A DNA stretch of 64,000 bases from Octopus sinensis (Eukaryota): positions 92,752,001-92,816,000 of the forward strand of contig NC_042999.1 in NCBI RefSeq assembly GCF_006345805.1. Direction: 5' to 3'. A program made the position numbers and the translations under genes. Shown piece by piece: positions 1 to 12,348 of the stretch (position 1 is its first letter; the number at the start of each line of letters is the position of its first letter). The notes under the pieces are model-generated. The model searched no databases and was not told the DNA's origin. It worked only from the letters and a program-made list of their open reading frames with translations.

Positions 1-384
1 GCATATATATATATATATATACATATATGTGTGTGTGTGTGTGTATGATTATGTATGTACTTATGTATATATATATATATATATACATATATGTGTGTGT
101 GTGTGTGTGTATGATTATGTATGTACTTATGTATATATATATATATATATATGTATAGTTAAATTAAATTAATTTTTTTTATCAGTTATGGTGTTTGTTG
201 ATCGATATTTGTTGTCGTTGTGTGGAATCGTTATAACCAATTATTGATTTCTTTCGCCTAGCCAACATTTTAAGCAAAATTTTTGTTGTGTGGTTGAAGT
301 CAATTGATTCTTTCTTCCATCAGTAACAATAAAGATGATAAAGACGTGGATGAGACGAGGGAGAGGAATCTATGGTGAGAATGA

Positions 385-540
385 ATGATTACGATGGTGG
401 TGAAGATGATAACAATGACGATGGGAATAATTATGATGACGATGATGATTACAACGACGTCGATGATGCAAACGATGTCGATGATGTTGATGATGATGAT
501 GACGACGACGACGATGATGATGATGATGAGGAGGAGGAAG
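385..540. repeat. (GAT/GAC)n microsatellite
   Basis: Direct triplet repeat; explains the poly-D and poly-S ORFs 372-695 and 449-679. Confidence 0.95.
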
Positions 541-1609
541 GGATTATATTGTTGATTAAGGTGACGATAACGATGGCAAATATTGAGAAGCGCTTCGGTG
601 TTGAATCATTTTGTGATTGCAATATAAATCTCAGTTTTACTCGTAAACCAGTTGTGTATGTACCATCCCTCAATATCAAATATTTATTTATTTAAATGTT
701 AGAGGTATTAATAAGAAAGAATATTTATTTGAGACTACACGATAATCTAAGCGACCCAAGTAAGACGATATTATCTCAAACGCTATTGAGAAGGTTTTCT
801 ATTTTATATTATAGATTTTGTAAAATAACTTCGTATACAAAAAGGTGTGTTTTCATTTCATACGTACTACATTCAGCAGTCAAATGTATCTTGTTTATGA
901 TATCTCTTTTCAGCAAGATATAGAAGTTGCGTGTAAGAGTGTAATTGTTTATTGATTGAATGAAATATTTGGCTTATAAACGAGTCTTCGTGAATTCTAG
1001 TTACGTTGGGCGTTTCCTACCGTTTCTCTTTAAAAACGTAGTTGTTGCTTGGTTCAAAATTATCCCTGATTTTGTATTTATATGGTCAGAGGAATTCCAG
1101 CCATGTAAATTATTCAATATGGCCTTCTCTTTTTAAGTAGATCATGATTTTAGAGAGATTTAATGATGATGCATGAAAGATATATGTTAAAACTAAGGGC
1201 CTCAGCTGAATTGCAGTAGTGATTAGATCTCTTATCCCATACATTTTACGGACGTTACATGCGATAAGATAAAGATAATGAATATAAGTTCTTTTTATTT
1301 TTCTTACCCACTTAATGATTAAGACACTAGATTTAAATTCATATCTCATGAGGTTGTTGAGCATCCATGTGACTTAATGGTTAACCATTTAAGGTTGGTT
1401 GTGAGAGATGCACTACAATCCTTGTGATGTCAGCAAACTATTGCCATTTAGATCTTTAAACAGAGAGCGCTAGTCATATGGCCATATGGAATTATTTCAG
1501 AATGCAGACACCTTAAAAATACTTTAAAAAGTTTGTTGGTCAGGCACGTATGAATTCATAAGGGAAAAGTGAAGCATACATCATTGAATGTTTAATATTT
1601 GTATCAGGT

Positions 1610-1825
1610 ATGGCGGCGATCTGGTAGAAGTGTTACCGCGCCGGACAAAATTCTTAGCAGCATTTCTTTCTCCATTACGTTCTAATTTCAAATGCCACCG
1701 GGGACGACCTTGTCTATCATCCCGTCGAGGTCGATAAAATAAGTATAAGCTAAGAACTAGGGTCGATGTAATCGATTTACGCTACCCCACGAAATTGCCG
1801 GTCTTGTACTAAAATTTGAAACCAA
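1610..1825 (+). mobile_element. tRNA-derived SINE, family B (Meta/MESC-like central domain)
   Basis: GGCGGCGATCTGGTAGAA head; central CTATCATCCCGTCGAGGTCGATAAAATAAGTA; tail AAAATTTGAAACC; homologous to copies at 30.3, 37, 40.5 and 41.4 kb. Confidence 0.8.
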
Positions 1826-2439
1826 TATTTGTGTTGCGTATAACTATAAATTCTCCTTTATTTAGCAACCAAAATACAAATTGTATTGCCTTGAAGTTAG
1901 ATGAAATTTTCAGTATCTGTACAAATGATAGTGTCTCACTGAAGATCGCCCATTCACCATTGAATATTTGACAGGATGTCCAATTACCTGTTGATTCAAT
2001 TGCTCAGCAAAAGAAAGTGGGGGCCGTTACATGGCCAATTGCTCTGCTAAAGATAGCAACCGAATTTTGTTTAAATTACACCATTCAATCATGACAATCG
2101 GTCAAGGACACATTAGTCTTGATAATATCCTAAAATGATGAGATATTCTTGTTTGAAGTGTATTTTTTACATTATAGATGACCTGAAGCTAAGCAACATT
2201 AACACCAGCACAACCAACAGTAATAGCAGCTGTAGCATGGGCAGCATCAGCATCAGCAACAAGAACAGCAAACAGAACAAGAACAGCAAACAGAACAAGA
2301 ACAACAACATTTTAGCAACAATTTCTAGTAGCAATTTCATTGTGATCTACACAAACTTAAAATGCGAAAGCTTCAAAATATTAATTTATGCATTTCCATC
2401 GGATATACATGCTAAATATTACTTGAGGTTTGTCAAGAA

Positions 2440-2473
<34 letters not shown>

Positions 2474-2479
2474 TTATGC

Positions 2480-2900
2480 ATTCAACCATTTGATTGCAGC
2501 CATGAAAAGGCACCGCTTTGGAGATCTTTAGTAGAACAAATCGACCCAAGTACTTTTTTTAAGCCTACTATTAATTTTATCGAACCGCTAGTTCGTGGCG
2601 CCATAAAAATACCAATACTGGTTGTGAAGCTGTCGAGGGGAACAAATACAGATGCATAGACACACACATACACACACCTACATATATATATGTATGTATA
2701 TATATATATATTATATATATATATATTATATATATATATATACACGACGGGCTCCTTTCAGTTTCCGTCTACCAAGTCCACTCAGAAGCTTTTGTTGGTC
2801 AGATGCTATAGTAGAACACATTGTCCCAAGGTGCCACGCAGTGGGACTGAACCCGTAACTCTGTGTTTGGGAAGTAAGCGTCTTACCACACCACTACACT
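2480..2900 (-). mobile_element. tRNA-derived SINE, family A (CORE-like domain, internal TA/CA microsatellite)
   Basis: Reverse strand reads tRNA A/B-box head, then GGCACCTTGGGAC, GTAGACGGAAACTGAAAG, microsatellite and 3' body; homologous to 14666-15118 and 60916-61382. Confidence 0.85.
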
Positions 2901-3184
2901 TGACCCCGCGTGTGTGTGTGTGATGTATATGCGTGTGTATGACAATGTACATATAAATGAGAAGTATAAGATATAGATGCAGGGAATCGTGAAGCTGTCA
3001 CTGTAAGCTCCACTTGTATTACGATAAACATACATATGAACATACATATAAATATACTCGATTATTTTCTTGCATACTGAAATTAACACTATATAAATCA
3101 AATTGCGAAACCGCCATAATCATATGGAAATCACTGAGTTAAATGAATATGTATTAAATTCTCAAACATTTTGAATTTACGCGT

Positions 3185-3422
<238 letters not shown>

Positions 3423-4084
3423 ACATTGCCAGGTGGAAGTGAGATCCAAACATGGACAACTTCTTGATATTTATTGTAAACAATGAAGGAAGGTTCATAG
3501 AAAATCAATTAAGAAAGATAATACATCATTATTTATTGTCACAATAAGAAAATATGCTTCCTTTTCATATTTTTATTTATGATGATACCGGAATATGTAT
3601 TATTTGCGTTGTAAAATATTTCATATTTGCATATTACCGGATATATAAGCAATGGCTGAGAAGTTATTATTATTCCATTTTTACTTGTTTATAAACGGGA
3701 AACATGAAAAAGGAAAACGATATCACTTGAATTATAAGCATTGATATCGTATGAACCTTTCATTCATATACAAGAGGATCTCACCGCAAATTTATCTATA
3801 TTTGTAACCAAAATCCCAAACAGAGCTTTGGATCTATTGAAAATGACAGTAAAGGCTGAAAAAATTCCACTTTTAATGGAATTGTTGCTTTTATAGCCTA
3901 TTCGCTTGATAAACACAAGCACACACGCACACACACACACACACACATACACACACACACACACACACAGAGAAATACGTGCAATATGTTTGTGTATACA
4001 AAGATACAAACATACACATACACGTATACACACACACACATTCCACATATACAATGTGTCTATGTATGAGATGTGTATTGCTAC

Positions 4085-4128
<44 letters not shown>

Positions 4129-4809
4129 TGCATGTGTGTGAGTGTGTATATGTGTGTGTGGTATGTATTGCTAATGTGCATCTAAGTGTATGGTATGTAT
4201 TGTTAGTACACACACACATATAACTGAAGAAAGCCACCAAGGATATATATATATATATATATATGACAGTTGAAAACAGCTCAAAACCCTTCTGCAGTCA
4301 AAGACGAATTTAGTCCTTGCGGCCTCGGTTGATACAGAGGGTCTTCCGTTATTTCGATGGCTTTAGTCTCCAGCAGAAGAGCTTGCGGCATCTGTAAATA
4401 GCCCCTGCTGTATCTGCGGGACACAATACATTTCAGATATATATTTCTCCCTAAATACACACGCACACACATACACAGACACAGACACACAGACGCAGAC
4501 ACAGACACACACAGACACAGACACACACAGAGACACAGACACAGACACAGACACAGACACAGACACACACACACAAACAAACACACACACATACACACAT
4601 GCTTAATCAGGTGCAAACATCAGATTAGTAAAGTATTTTTAAAATTTACTTACACAACATGTAAATAGTATAGGAATATATGAGTAGATATACATATTTA
4701 TACTTACAGAATTCCTTTTCACACTGTTTTTACACTTCAACTCTGTTTAAACTTCTAGTACACTAACCCCCCGTTATATTAGAATTAAATTCTTACGAAG
4801 CATGACTAA

Positions 4810-5500
4810 CTAAGACTATGGATATTATCCAACCATCTTCTTCTTGGTCTATCTCTATGTCTCCTGACGGTTGGCTTCAAGAATCTGACTTGCGATTCTT
4901 TCCCGCGACATTCTAATCACATATCCCTAATACCATAGCTGTGACCCGTCAATGCGGACAAGTAGCGGTTCAGCTCCGAAAAATTCCATAATATCCGAGC
5001 TACGACCCTGTCGGATAACGTTACTCCGAAGATTCCTCGGACAGACACCATTTCAGCCGCTTGTTTTCGAGATCGTATTGTTTCATGATAGACATGAAAG
5101 TCGAAAGGAAAATAGCAAGTTTGGTACTCTTTACGAACTTCTGCTCTTTAGGGGATCAAATGATGGTGCTGGCGTATTATTACCTCAGTATCTGCAGTTC
5201 CAGGATCCGATTCACCTTCCTGCTTCATTTCATTCGTAAATACGGACCCGGGACACTTCAGCTTCTCTAATTGCCACAGTAATGTTCTGTTAACAAGAAG
5301 ATGTGACTGGGAAACCATTTTTGAGGGTAATGTCACAATTTTCGTAAAACTAGTTCTCCACCCTGCTTTGTAGCACTCGGCAGTGAACCCATTCAGTAAA
5401 TGCTGGAATTGACCTTCTGGTAATCCATCAAGTCAGCAAATATAAGGCGAGCGATCTTGCTCTTATCAGTTGCGATACCTCTTACACAACGGTTGAGCAT
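4810..5500 (-). mobile_element. RTE-clade LINE, decayed 3' fragment (RT C-terminal half)
   Basis: Minus frames give IARLIFAD(D)L, FQHLLNGFTAECYKAG, QLEKLKCPGSVFT, IRSRKQAAEM..RGIFGVTL.DRV and DRPRRRWLDNI, matching the RTE consensus (RLLFADD, RIQAAEM, RGRPRTRWLD). Frameshifts and stops present. Confidence 0.85.
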
Positions 5501-5672
5501 CTAAATTAAGTTCAATAAAATTATACAAAAGTAATGTGACAATAGGCTCCACTGCCTAAAGTCAGGTGTATCAACTAACGTATTCTCTCGCTGATAAATA
5601 TTACTTGTTTCACACTTCACTGCTTTCATTTTCTTGTATGCATATATATATATATACATACATACATACATA

Positions 5673-6650
5673 TCTCAGCGGCAACAAACTCAGCGGCAAC
5701 AACAACAACAACAGCTACAGCAACAACAACTTCAGCAGCAACAACCTCAGCGGCAACAACAACAACAACCTCAACAACAAACTCAGCGGCAACAACAACA
5801 GGATGAACCACTCCTTGATTCATCTACAATGGCCGATTTGCTAAACGAAACGATTGACCCCCCAGTCATTAGGGTCACACAGCAGGAAGCACCACCCCTT
5901 CTTTTCACTGCCCCAGCAGCTCAATCATCATCATTGTCAACACCATCTCCTCTGCTTACTACTACTAGTACTACTCCCACTATGTATCGACAAACATCTT
6001 TGTCTACCGCTAGCTCTTGGAATCGACCTCCTCAATCATTACCACTGTCAACATCTCTTCTACATACTACTACTACTACTACTACTACAACTACTACTAC
6101 TAATGCTATCTCAAGGAATTTACCTCCTACAGGTCACAAAGGTCGCCAAAACTTCAACAAACTATCATCTACACCTTTCACAACTCACACACACACACGC
6201 ACCTACACACCCACTCGAAACCCCATCATTTGCCGATATTCTCTTCGCCATAGACTGTGCACTGCTAGAGACTGCAAATTCACCCATTTACCTGGAACAA
6301 AACACTCTATCCCCACAAACTACAACAGCAACCACCATAATACAACACCACCACAACCACCAATATCTCAAACAAGGAATCCTCAAATCTGCCGCTATTC
6401 CCAGCGAGACAGATTGTGTTTGCACAGGGATTGCCCCTTTACCCATCTCCCGGGGACTCGTCGGACATTTAAAGATAACCACTCATATAAAAATAACCAC
6501 AACCACAGTCACCTACAGTTCCCTAGACAGGAAACCACCTCTTCTTCCTCTTTTTTAGCTATAATCAATCTAGCAAAAGAACTGGAAAAAAACATCCGAG
6601 CTATCACCCACCACCATCCACCACTATTACCCCACTGCACATGCCATTAA
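5673..6650 (+). CDS. LINE ORF1 (open, 5'-incomplete): polyQ and S/T/P-rich region, tandem C-x8-C-x4-C-x3-H zinc fingers
   Basis: ORF 5634-6650; CRYSLRHRLCTARDCKFTH (6231-6287) and CRYSQRDRLCLHRDCPFTH (6390-6446). The track ATG lies in the flanking microsatellite. Confidence 0.75.
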   Translation, partial: SQRQQTQRQQQQQQLQQQQLQQQQPQRQQQQQPQQQTQRQQQQDEPLLDSSTMADLLNETIDPPVIRVTQQEAPPLLFTAPAAQSSSLSTPSPLLTTTSTTPTMYRQTSLSTASSWNRPPQSLPLSTSLLHTTTTTTTTTTTTNAISRNLPPTGHKGRQNFNKLSSTPFTTHTHTRTYTPTRNPIICRYSLRHRLCTARDCKFTHLPGTKHSIPTNYNSNHHNTTPPQPPISQTRNPQICRYSQRDRLCLHRDCPFTHLPGTRRTFKDNHSYKNNHNHSHLQFPRQETTSSSSFLAIINLAKELEKNIRAITHHHPPLLPHCTCH

Positions 6651-8839
6651 AAAGCAATCAAATAAACAAATCACCAAAACAATTAAAACCATCCACTGTC
6701 GCCTCAACATTTCTGCTTAATGCCCAAGGCATCAGCCCTTCCACCAATACACAAAAATGGAAGATAAGATTCCTGGAGGACTGGGTCGAGGCCCCTCCAA
6801 ACCACATCCCTTTCTTCGTCCTCACTGAAACCCATCTTAGTGACCTCCACTTGGAAGCCGAAGTGAAAGTTAAAAATTTCAAAACCATTCGTGCTGATCG
6901 TGCTGGCAGAAGAAAGGGTGGGACTGCCATTTATGTCCATGATTCATTCTCAACAGAAGCCATGAACATATTTTCCAATGGATACTGCGAAGCAGTCGCT
7001 GTATTCAGTCAAACCAACTTAACAGTAGTTGGGCTCTACAGACCACCCCAAACGCCCCTACCATGCTTCAAGGAATGCCTCAACAGCATAAAGTGTTTCA
7101 TTCAGCAGTGTCAACCTGACAACATGTTAATGATGGGAGACTTCAACCTTCCCGGGGTTGACTGATCTACAAACAGTCTGCCGCCAGGTTCTTCTCTCTC
7201 AACCCCTGACAGGGAGGCAGTGGTATCGCTTCTTGACTTCATGGATGATTTCTTCCTGTCCCAACTGGTACGCGAACCAACGAGATGTCACAAAAACGTC
7301 TTAGACTTAATTTTCAGCAATCACACTGATACTATCCACAATATTGCAGTGGAGAAAACCCTACTCTCCGACCATGACATGGTTCTCTGTGATCTGAGAA
7401 TTCACTGGCCTAAATACAAAACAAATGTCATCCCTCCTGTTCATCCATTTGACACTATGGATTTCCACAATGCAAACTGGGAAGCGATCAATAATGATCT
7501 TGCACAAGTCGATTGGTCCTTCACGCACACATACACACCCACTAACATCAAAAAGTCCTGGCAGTCACTTGTAGACACCATCACGAACATATGTGCAAGA
7601 CACACCCCATTAAGATCTGCAAACAAATCTAAGTGTCGAATCCCTAGAAATAGAAAATCTCTCATAAGGAAAATTAAAAGAATTAACAAAAAGATCAACA
7701 TGCTGAACTACTGTCAACAGCAACACACCAACCTGACTGCCATCTCGTCGCTAGAGATTAAAAAACATAAACTCCCAAACAACATGATGTCTATCATCAA
7801 TAGTCAGCGAAGAGCTGAAGAGGCCTGGGCCATTGAGAAGATCAAACTCAATCCCAAAGTGCTCTTTTCATTTGCAAAAAAACAGAGTCACTGGTTCTAC
7901 TGTTGGCCCTCTGATTGATGAAAATGGTACTCTTCAAGACAATGCCAAAACCATGGGAGAGATATTTCAGAAACAATATTGCTCTGTTTTCAGCAATCCT
8001 GATATGACTGATCTGGGCTGTATCAGTGATGTTACTCCCCAATACACTTTATCGGACATAACATTTGGCGCTCCTGATGTCTTAGCAGCAATAAAGGAAA
8101 TGAAGCATAATTCAGCAGCAGGTCCCGATAGGTTCACTGCTTGTGTCTTGAAGATGTGTCAAAATCAACTTGCACCCCCTCTAGCGAATCTGTGGCGGAA
8201 CTCACTGGATGCTGGATATATACCAGAAGACCTTCTATCCCAGTCTGTTGTCCCAGTTTTCAAAAAAGGAAACAAATCGCTTGCGTGAATTACCGTCCAA
8301 TCTCACTCACCACTTTTGCCCGACCCCACCTTGAATACTGCTGTCCACTGTGGTCTCCCTACACAAAACAAAATATTATGAGAATTGAAGCTCCCCAAAG
8401 GTCAATCACAAAAACGATAGATGGCATGTCAGACCTTGACTACTGGGGTAGACTAGAGTAGCTGAAATTGTATTCACTCCAACGACGCCGTGAACGCTAC
8501 ATTATCTGTATGATGTGGAAAATATTCCATCAGCACTGTCCGAATGATGTTGGCATCACCTTCAAAATATATCCAAGGCTTGGACCACGTGCCATCCGTC
8601 CACAACAAAAATCTAAATCGCATCACATAACGACAATACGGCACAACTATTTCACCTCAATTGGACCCGCTCTCTTCAACATTACACCAGGACACGTCAA
8701 AAAAGAAACTGACCACACAAAATTCAAGAAGTCTTTGGACAAATTCCTTCAAACAGTACCGGACAAAACACCCACACCCGGATATGTCTCCGCAAACAAT
8801 AACTCTCTGCTCGAATGGGCCTTGGTGCCCAAATCCTGA
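6641..8839 (+). pseudogene. LINE ORF2 remnant (APE endonuclease + linker + C-terminal domain, RT absent)
   Basis: LNAQG, LTETHL, RADR..RKGGTAIYV, LYRPP, MGDFN, LDLIF, LSDH, AAGPD, NYRPISLT. Stops at 7163 (TGA at an expected Trp) and 8459; frameshifts near 7880 and 8283. Confidence 0.9.
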
Positions 8840-8928
8840 ACTGAAAGACTTCGCCAGGTGGTGCTATTAAGTTAGACATGGCCTGGGCCAATACTGGCCA
8901 AAACCTTTCTAAGTTATTCTAAGTTAAG

Positions 8929-9024
<96 letters not shown>

Positions 9025-9027
<3 letters not shown>

Positions 9028-10190
9028 ACAATTTGGTTTTATCCCCTAACTCCAGCTGCTGTAGTCAACTCAGCGAGTTTCTTGAGAACATCATCCGAGT
9101 TACTGATGGCGGCTTATGGGTGGATGCTGTCTACCTTGATTTTGCTAAACCCTTCAATCCTGTGCCACACAAACAACTATGGTAAGACTCTCTGCAATGG
9201 GTACGAAGGATTATTTCTATAACTGGCTGAAGGCTTGCATTCTCGGTCGGAATGACGCAGTTACGGTTCTAGGACATCGTTCTTCACTCTGCAAGATGGC
9301 TTCTGATGTACCATAGGGATATGTTCTTGGACCCTTACTGTTTGCTGCATATATTAATGATATAGATGCCAACTTGAGGAATATTACAGTGCTGAAATAT
9401 GAAGATGACATCAAGCTGTACCTCGAATTAAAAAGATCAGATCCTATGCGCTAATGATCTTTCCTGAAATCAGGCCTGGATACAATGCAGCCATGGATCT
9501 CTGACTGACAACTCGAGCTTGCTGGCGACAAGTGCGTTACCATGTATTTCGGGAAGAAAAATCCAGCCTTTACATTCTCCCTTAGCAACACCAATCTCAA
9601 GAAGTCTTCTAGCGGACATGATCGGGGCATTATTGTAAACAACGATCTGCGTTGGACAAACCACATCTCTATAATTGTCAAGAAGGCTGAGCAGGGGGCT
9701 AGCATCACCGAGTTAGACATTTGTCAGCCGCTCCCAGCTATTTATTTAAAATTGTATACGACAATGAAACGTCCACGCTTGGAATTTGCATCACCAGTCT
9801 GGAACTCCTATCTTCCTCAGCATATAAATCTCCTGGAAACTGTTCAGAAACGTGCAACCAAACAAATACCCGTCGTCAGACATCTACTATACCCTGAACG
9901 TCTTACTTCCCTGGGCATGGCTACATTGAAGCTCAGACGTCTGGCAACTGCCTTGGTTGGCACCCACAAGATTATCTACCTTCTTTCCAACAACAACCTT
10001 GGGCAACTTTTTGAATTTCATGACAAACTTTCGCGGACATGCTTACAAAATCGAAAAACAACACAGCAACCATGACTTTCGGAAACATTTTTTCACGTTC
10101 AGAATTGCTGAAGCATGGAGTAAACCACCTGTCGAGATGCTACATCTTTCAAAACTTCCATGCTACCTGAAATCGTCCAAAAGTGCAACT
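9025..10190 (+). mobile_element. CR1-like LINE 3' fragment with decayed RT
   Basis: QFGF.P..SCCSQL, VDAVYLDFAKPF.PVPH, VP*GYVLGPLLFAAYIND, KYEDDIKL (YADD), RPRLEFASPVWNSY, RGHAYKI, FFTFRIAEAW. Confidence 0.9.
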
Positions 10191-10292
10191 GAAGGCCTAT
10201 TTTTTGTAGTGCACGTGAGCACTGTATACAACATTTTCCTCCTTCATTATGTCGTGTATATATATATATATATAATATATATATATATATAT

Positions 10293-10510
10293 AAGTTAAT
10301 CCAAACAAGAAAACAGAAAAAAAACAGAAAAAAACAGCAACGCGAGGACGTGGAACAATTAAAGTATTATTTGACGCTCAGGAAAGAAGGGAAGGAGGGT
10401 TTAACGTTTCGAGCGGAGCTCTTCGTCGGAAACAAGGAGAAGGAAAGATCCCAAGAAGGGAAGACAGAGGAAAAACATTTTTTTTGCTGGTGGTGCTCAA
10501 GAGATCACAT
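10293..10510 (-). mobile_element. Solo pseudo-LTR of a Penelope-like element
   Basis: Contains a minimal hammerhead fold followed by a U-rich tail that abuts (TA)n; shares the CTGAGCGT..TAATAC segment and overall layout with the 47.4 kb pLTR. Confidence 0.7.
10399..10433 (-). ncRNA. Minimal type I hammerhead ribozyme fold (U4C core variant)
   Basis: Reverse strand: GTTT-CCGACGA-A-GAGC-TCC-GCTC-GAAAC-GT-T-AAAC. Stem I GTTT/AAAC, stem II GAGC/GCTC, palindromic ACGT stem III, GUU cleavage triplet. Confidence 0.75.
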
Positions 10511-10564
10511 GTTGAAAAATAAATATATATATATATTCTAGAAATATATATATAATATATATAT

Positions 10565-11373
10565 ATTATATAATTAAGGCTTAGTAAAATAAATTACTTT
10601 GCCACATACTGAACTTTCTAGAAATAGCAGCCAAAAGTTTTTAGCCATTTCCACTACTTTAAGAAAACTTCTCTCAGATAATGTTTACTCAAAAATAACT
10701 CACGAAGATATGGAGGTAAAAACAGTAAAATATCACAAGTACAAAGATCATTTGAGAACGTCAACGTTTCTAGATTAGCCGAAATAAAACTCAGCATTTC
10801 TTTCGTCGGATCAACATTTCTTAATTTTGGATTTGAGAGCACTAAAAGAATGAACATACCCATCCGATAATGTATCACCTCAGACAAACATCTTCAAACT
10901 GCCAGTACTAGCAAATTCAAAATGTACGAGCGAAGATTCATGTTCTCTCCCTTCCACCCACGTGAGTTATCTAGCAAACATATTTTAACGGTAAGAACCG
11001 TAGCAAAGAACAGAGAGAAGGGAATTATAATATCAACAATTGAGGGTAAAATTAATTAGTTATTAATCAATTTCACCAAGTAGTGTTCAGTATGTAAAAG
11101 GAAATAGCAGCCAAAAGTTTTTAGCCATTTCCACTACTTTAAGAAAACTTCTCTCAGATAATGTTTACTCAAAAAATTTTCTTAAAGTAGTGGAAATGGC
11201 TAAAAACTTTTGGCTGCTATTTCTAGAAAGTTCAGTATGTGGCAAAGTAATTTATTTTACTAAGCCCTAATTATATAATGTAATATTTTGAATTCGCCTT
11301 AAATGGTCCTTTTACATACTGAACACTACTTGGTGAAATTGATTAATAACTAATTAATTTTACCCTCAATTGT

Positions 11374-11379
<6 letters not shown>
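10565..11379. repeat. Permuted tandem plus fold-back repeat complex
   Basis: 10565-10667 is inverted at 11177-11279; 11030-11102 is inverted at 11307-11379; 10621-10695 is directly repeated at 11101-11175. Confidence 0.9.
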
Positions 11380-11423
<44 letters not shown>

Positions 11424-11432
11424 GTGTGTATG

Positions 11433-11506
<74 letters not shown>

Positions 11507-11647
11507 TACTTGCTGACGTACCCGGTATTTCCCCGGAAAAGTGGGGCTTATCCCTTGGTTCCTTTCTCATAATAGTTTTGCTAATCCAATAACAAAAATA
11601 CAAAGTATGTAGCCGTTAAAACGAAATTGTTTTAGGAATTTCCAAGA

Positions 11648-11980
11648 AGGCGCATGGCTCAGTGGTTAGAGCGTCGAGCTTACGATCGTGAGGTTGTGAG
11701 CTCGAATCCCGGACCGGGCTGCGTGTTGTGTTCTTGAGCAAAGCACTTTATTTCACGTTGCTCCAGTTCACTCAGCTGTAGAAATGAGTTGCGACGTCAC
11801 TGGTGCCAAGCTGTATCGACCTTTGTCTTTCCCTTGGATAACATCAATGGTGTGGAGAGGGGAGGCTGGTATGCATGGGTGACTGCTGGTCTTCCATTAA
11901 CAACCTTGCCCGGACTTGTGTCTAGGAGGGTAACTTTCTAGGTGCAATCCCATGGTCATTCATGACCGAAGGGGGTCTTT
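11648..11980 (+). mobile_element. tRNA-derived SINE, family C, inserted in the Helitron 3' region
   Basis: A box TGGCTCAGTGG, B-box-like GCTCGAATCCC, central GTGTTCTTGAGCAAAGCACTT. Confidence 0.85.
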
Positions 11981-12348
11981 ATGAATACCCAAATTGTGAA
12001 GTCAGTTACGTTGTAACACGAAATTAGGTATGCGATAGAGAGAATTCAAATAAAGTTGCCCCGAAAAGGGCTTTAATGCATTCCCAGAGTATATAGAACT
12101 TAGGAGAAAAAACCAACAAGGTACGTCTATTAAGATCGTCAAGCCTGTCACGTAATAACAGGCTAATCAGATATGAGATCATAACAATATGAATGTAGAA
12201 ACAGACTGGCATTTAGTTTTACAGGAGACATAGAAATAAATTTGCATATAGATTTAAAAATAAAATATCATGTAGATTATCAATACATTTACAACGCTTA
12301 GAAATATTTCAGTTAGATAATAAATACTTGAGAATTTACTGAATCTTA

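Larger units (their letters stand above)
5673..8930 (+). mobile_element. CR1/L2-group LINE, 5'-truncated, RT domain internally deleted
   Basis: ORF1 with two CCCH fingers overlapping ORF2; APE endonuclease; CR1-like C-terminus RPHLEYCCPLWSPY..YSLQRRRERY..KFKKSLDKFL; short CTAAGTT tail repeats followed by (TATC)n. Confidence 0.9.

Noticed and set aside
5380-5470. Minus-strand RLIF..DGLPEGQFQHLL looks like the Argonaute PIWI motif RIIFYRDGVSEGQF
   Set aside because: The flanking translation aligns continuously with RTE reverse transcriptase (FADD motif through RPRRRWLD), and no other PIWI motifs follow in order.
9025-10190. Downstream RT fragment seems to supply the domain missing from the 5.7-8.9 kb LINE
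   Set aside because: It has its own, clearly different C-terminus, is decayed (YEDD, stops) and is separated by the first element's tail and microsatellites; best explained as an independent 5'-truncated insertion.
11310-11350. CTGAACA..GAAA hammerhead-like motif within the fold-back complex (similar weak motifs at 16432, 36234 and 62538)
   Set aside because: Core mismatches and no consistent stem I/II pairing adjacent to GAAA.
11648-11720. tRNA-like sequences (also 23590, 61405 and family A/B heads)
   Set aside because: They continue into SINE bodies and lack a proper acceptor stem; these are SINE heads, not tRNA genes.
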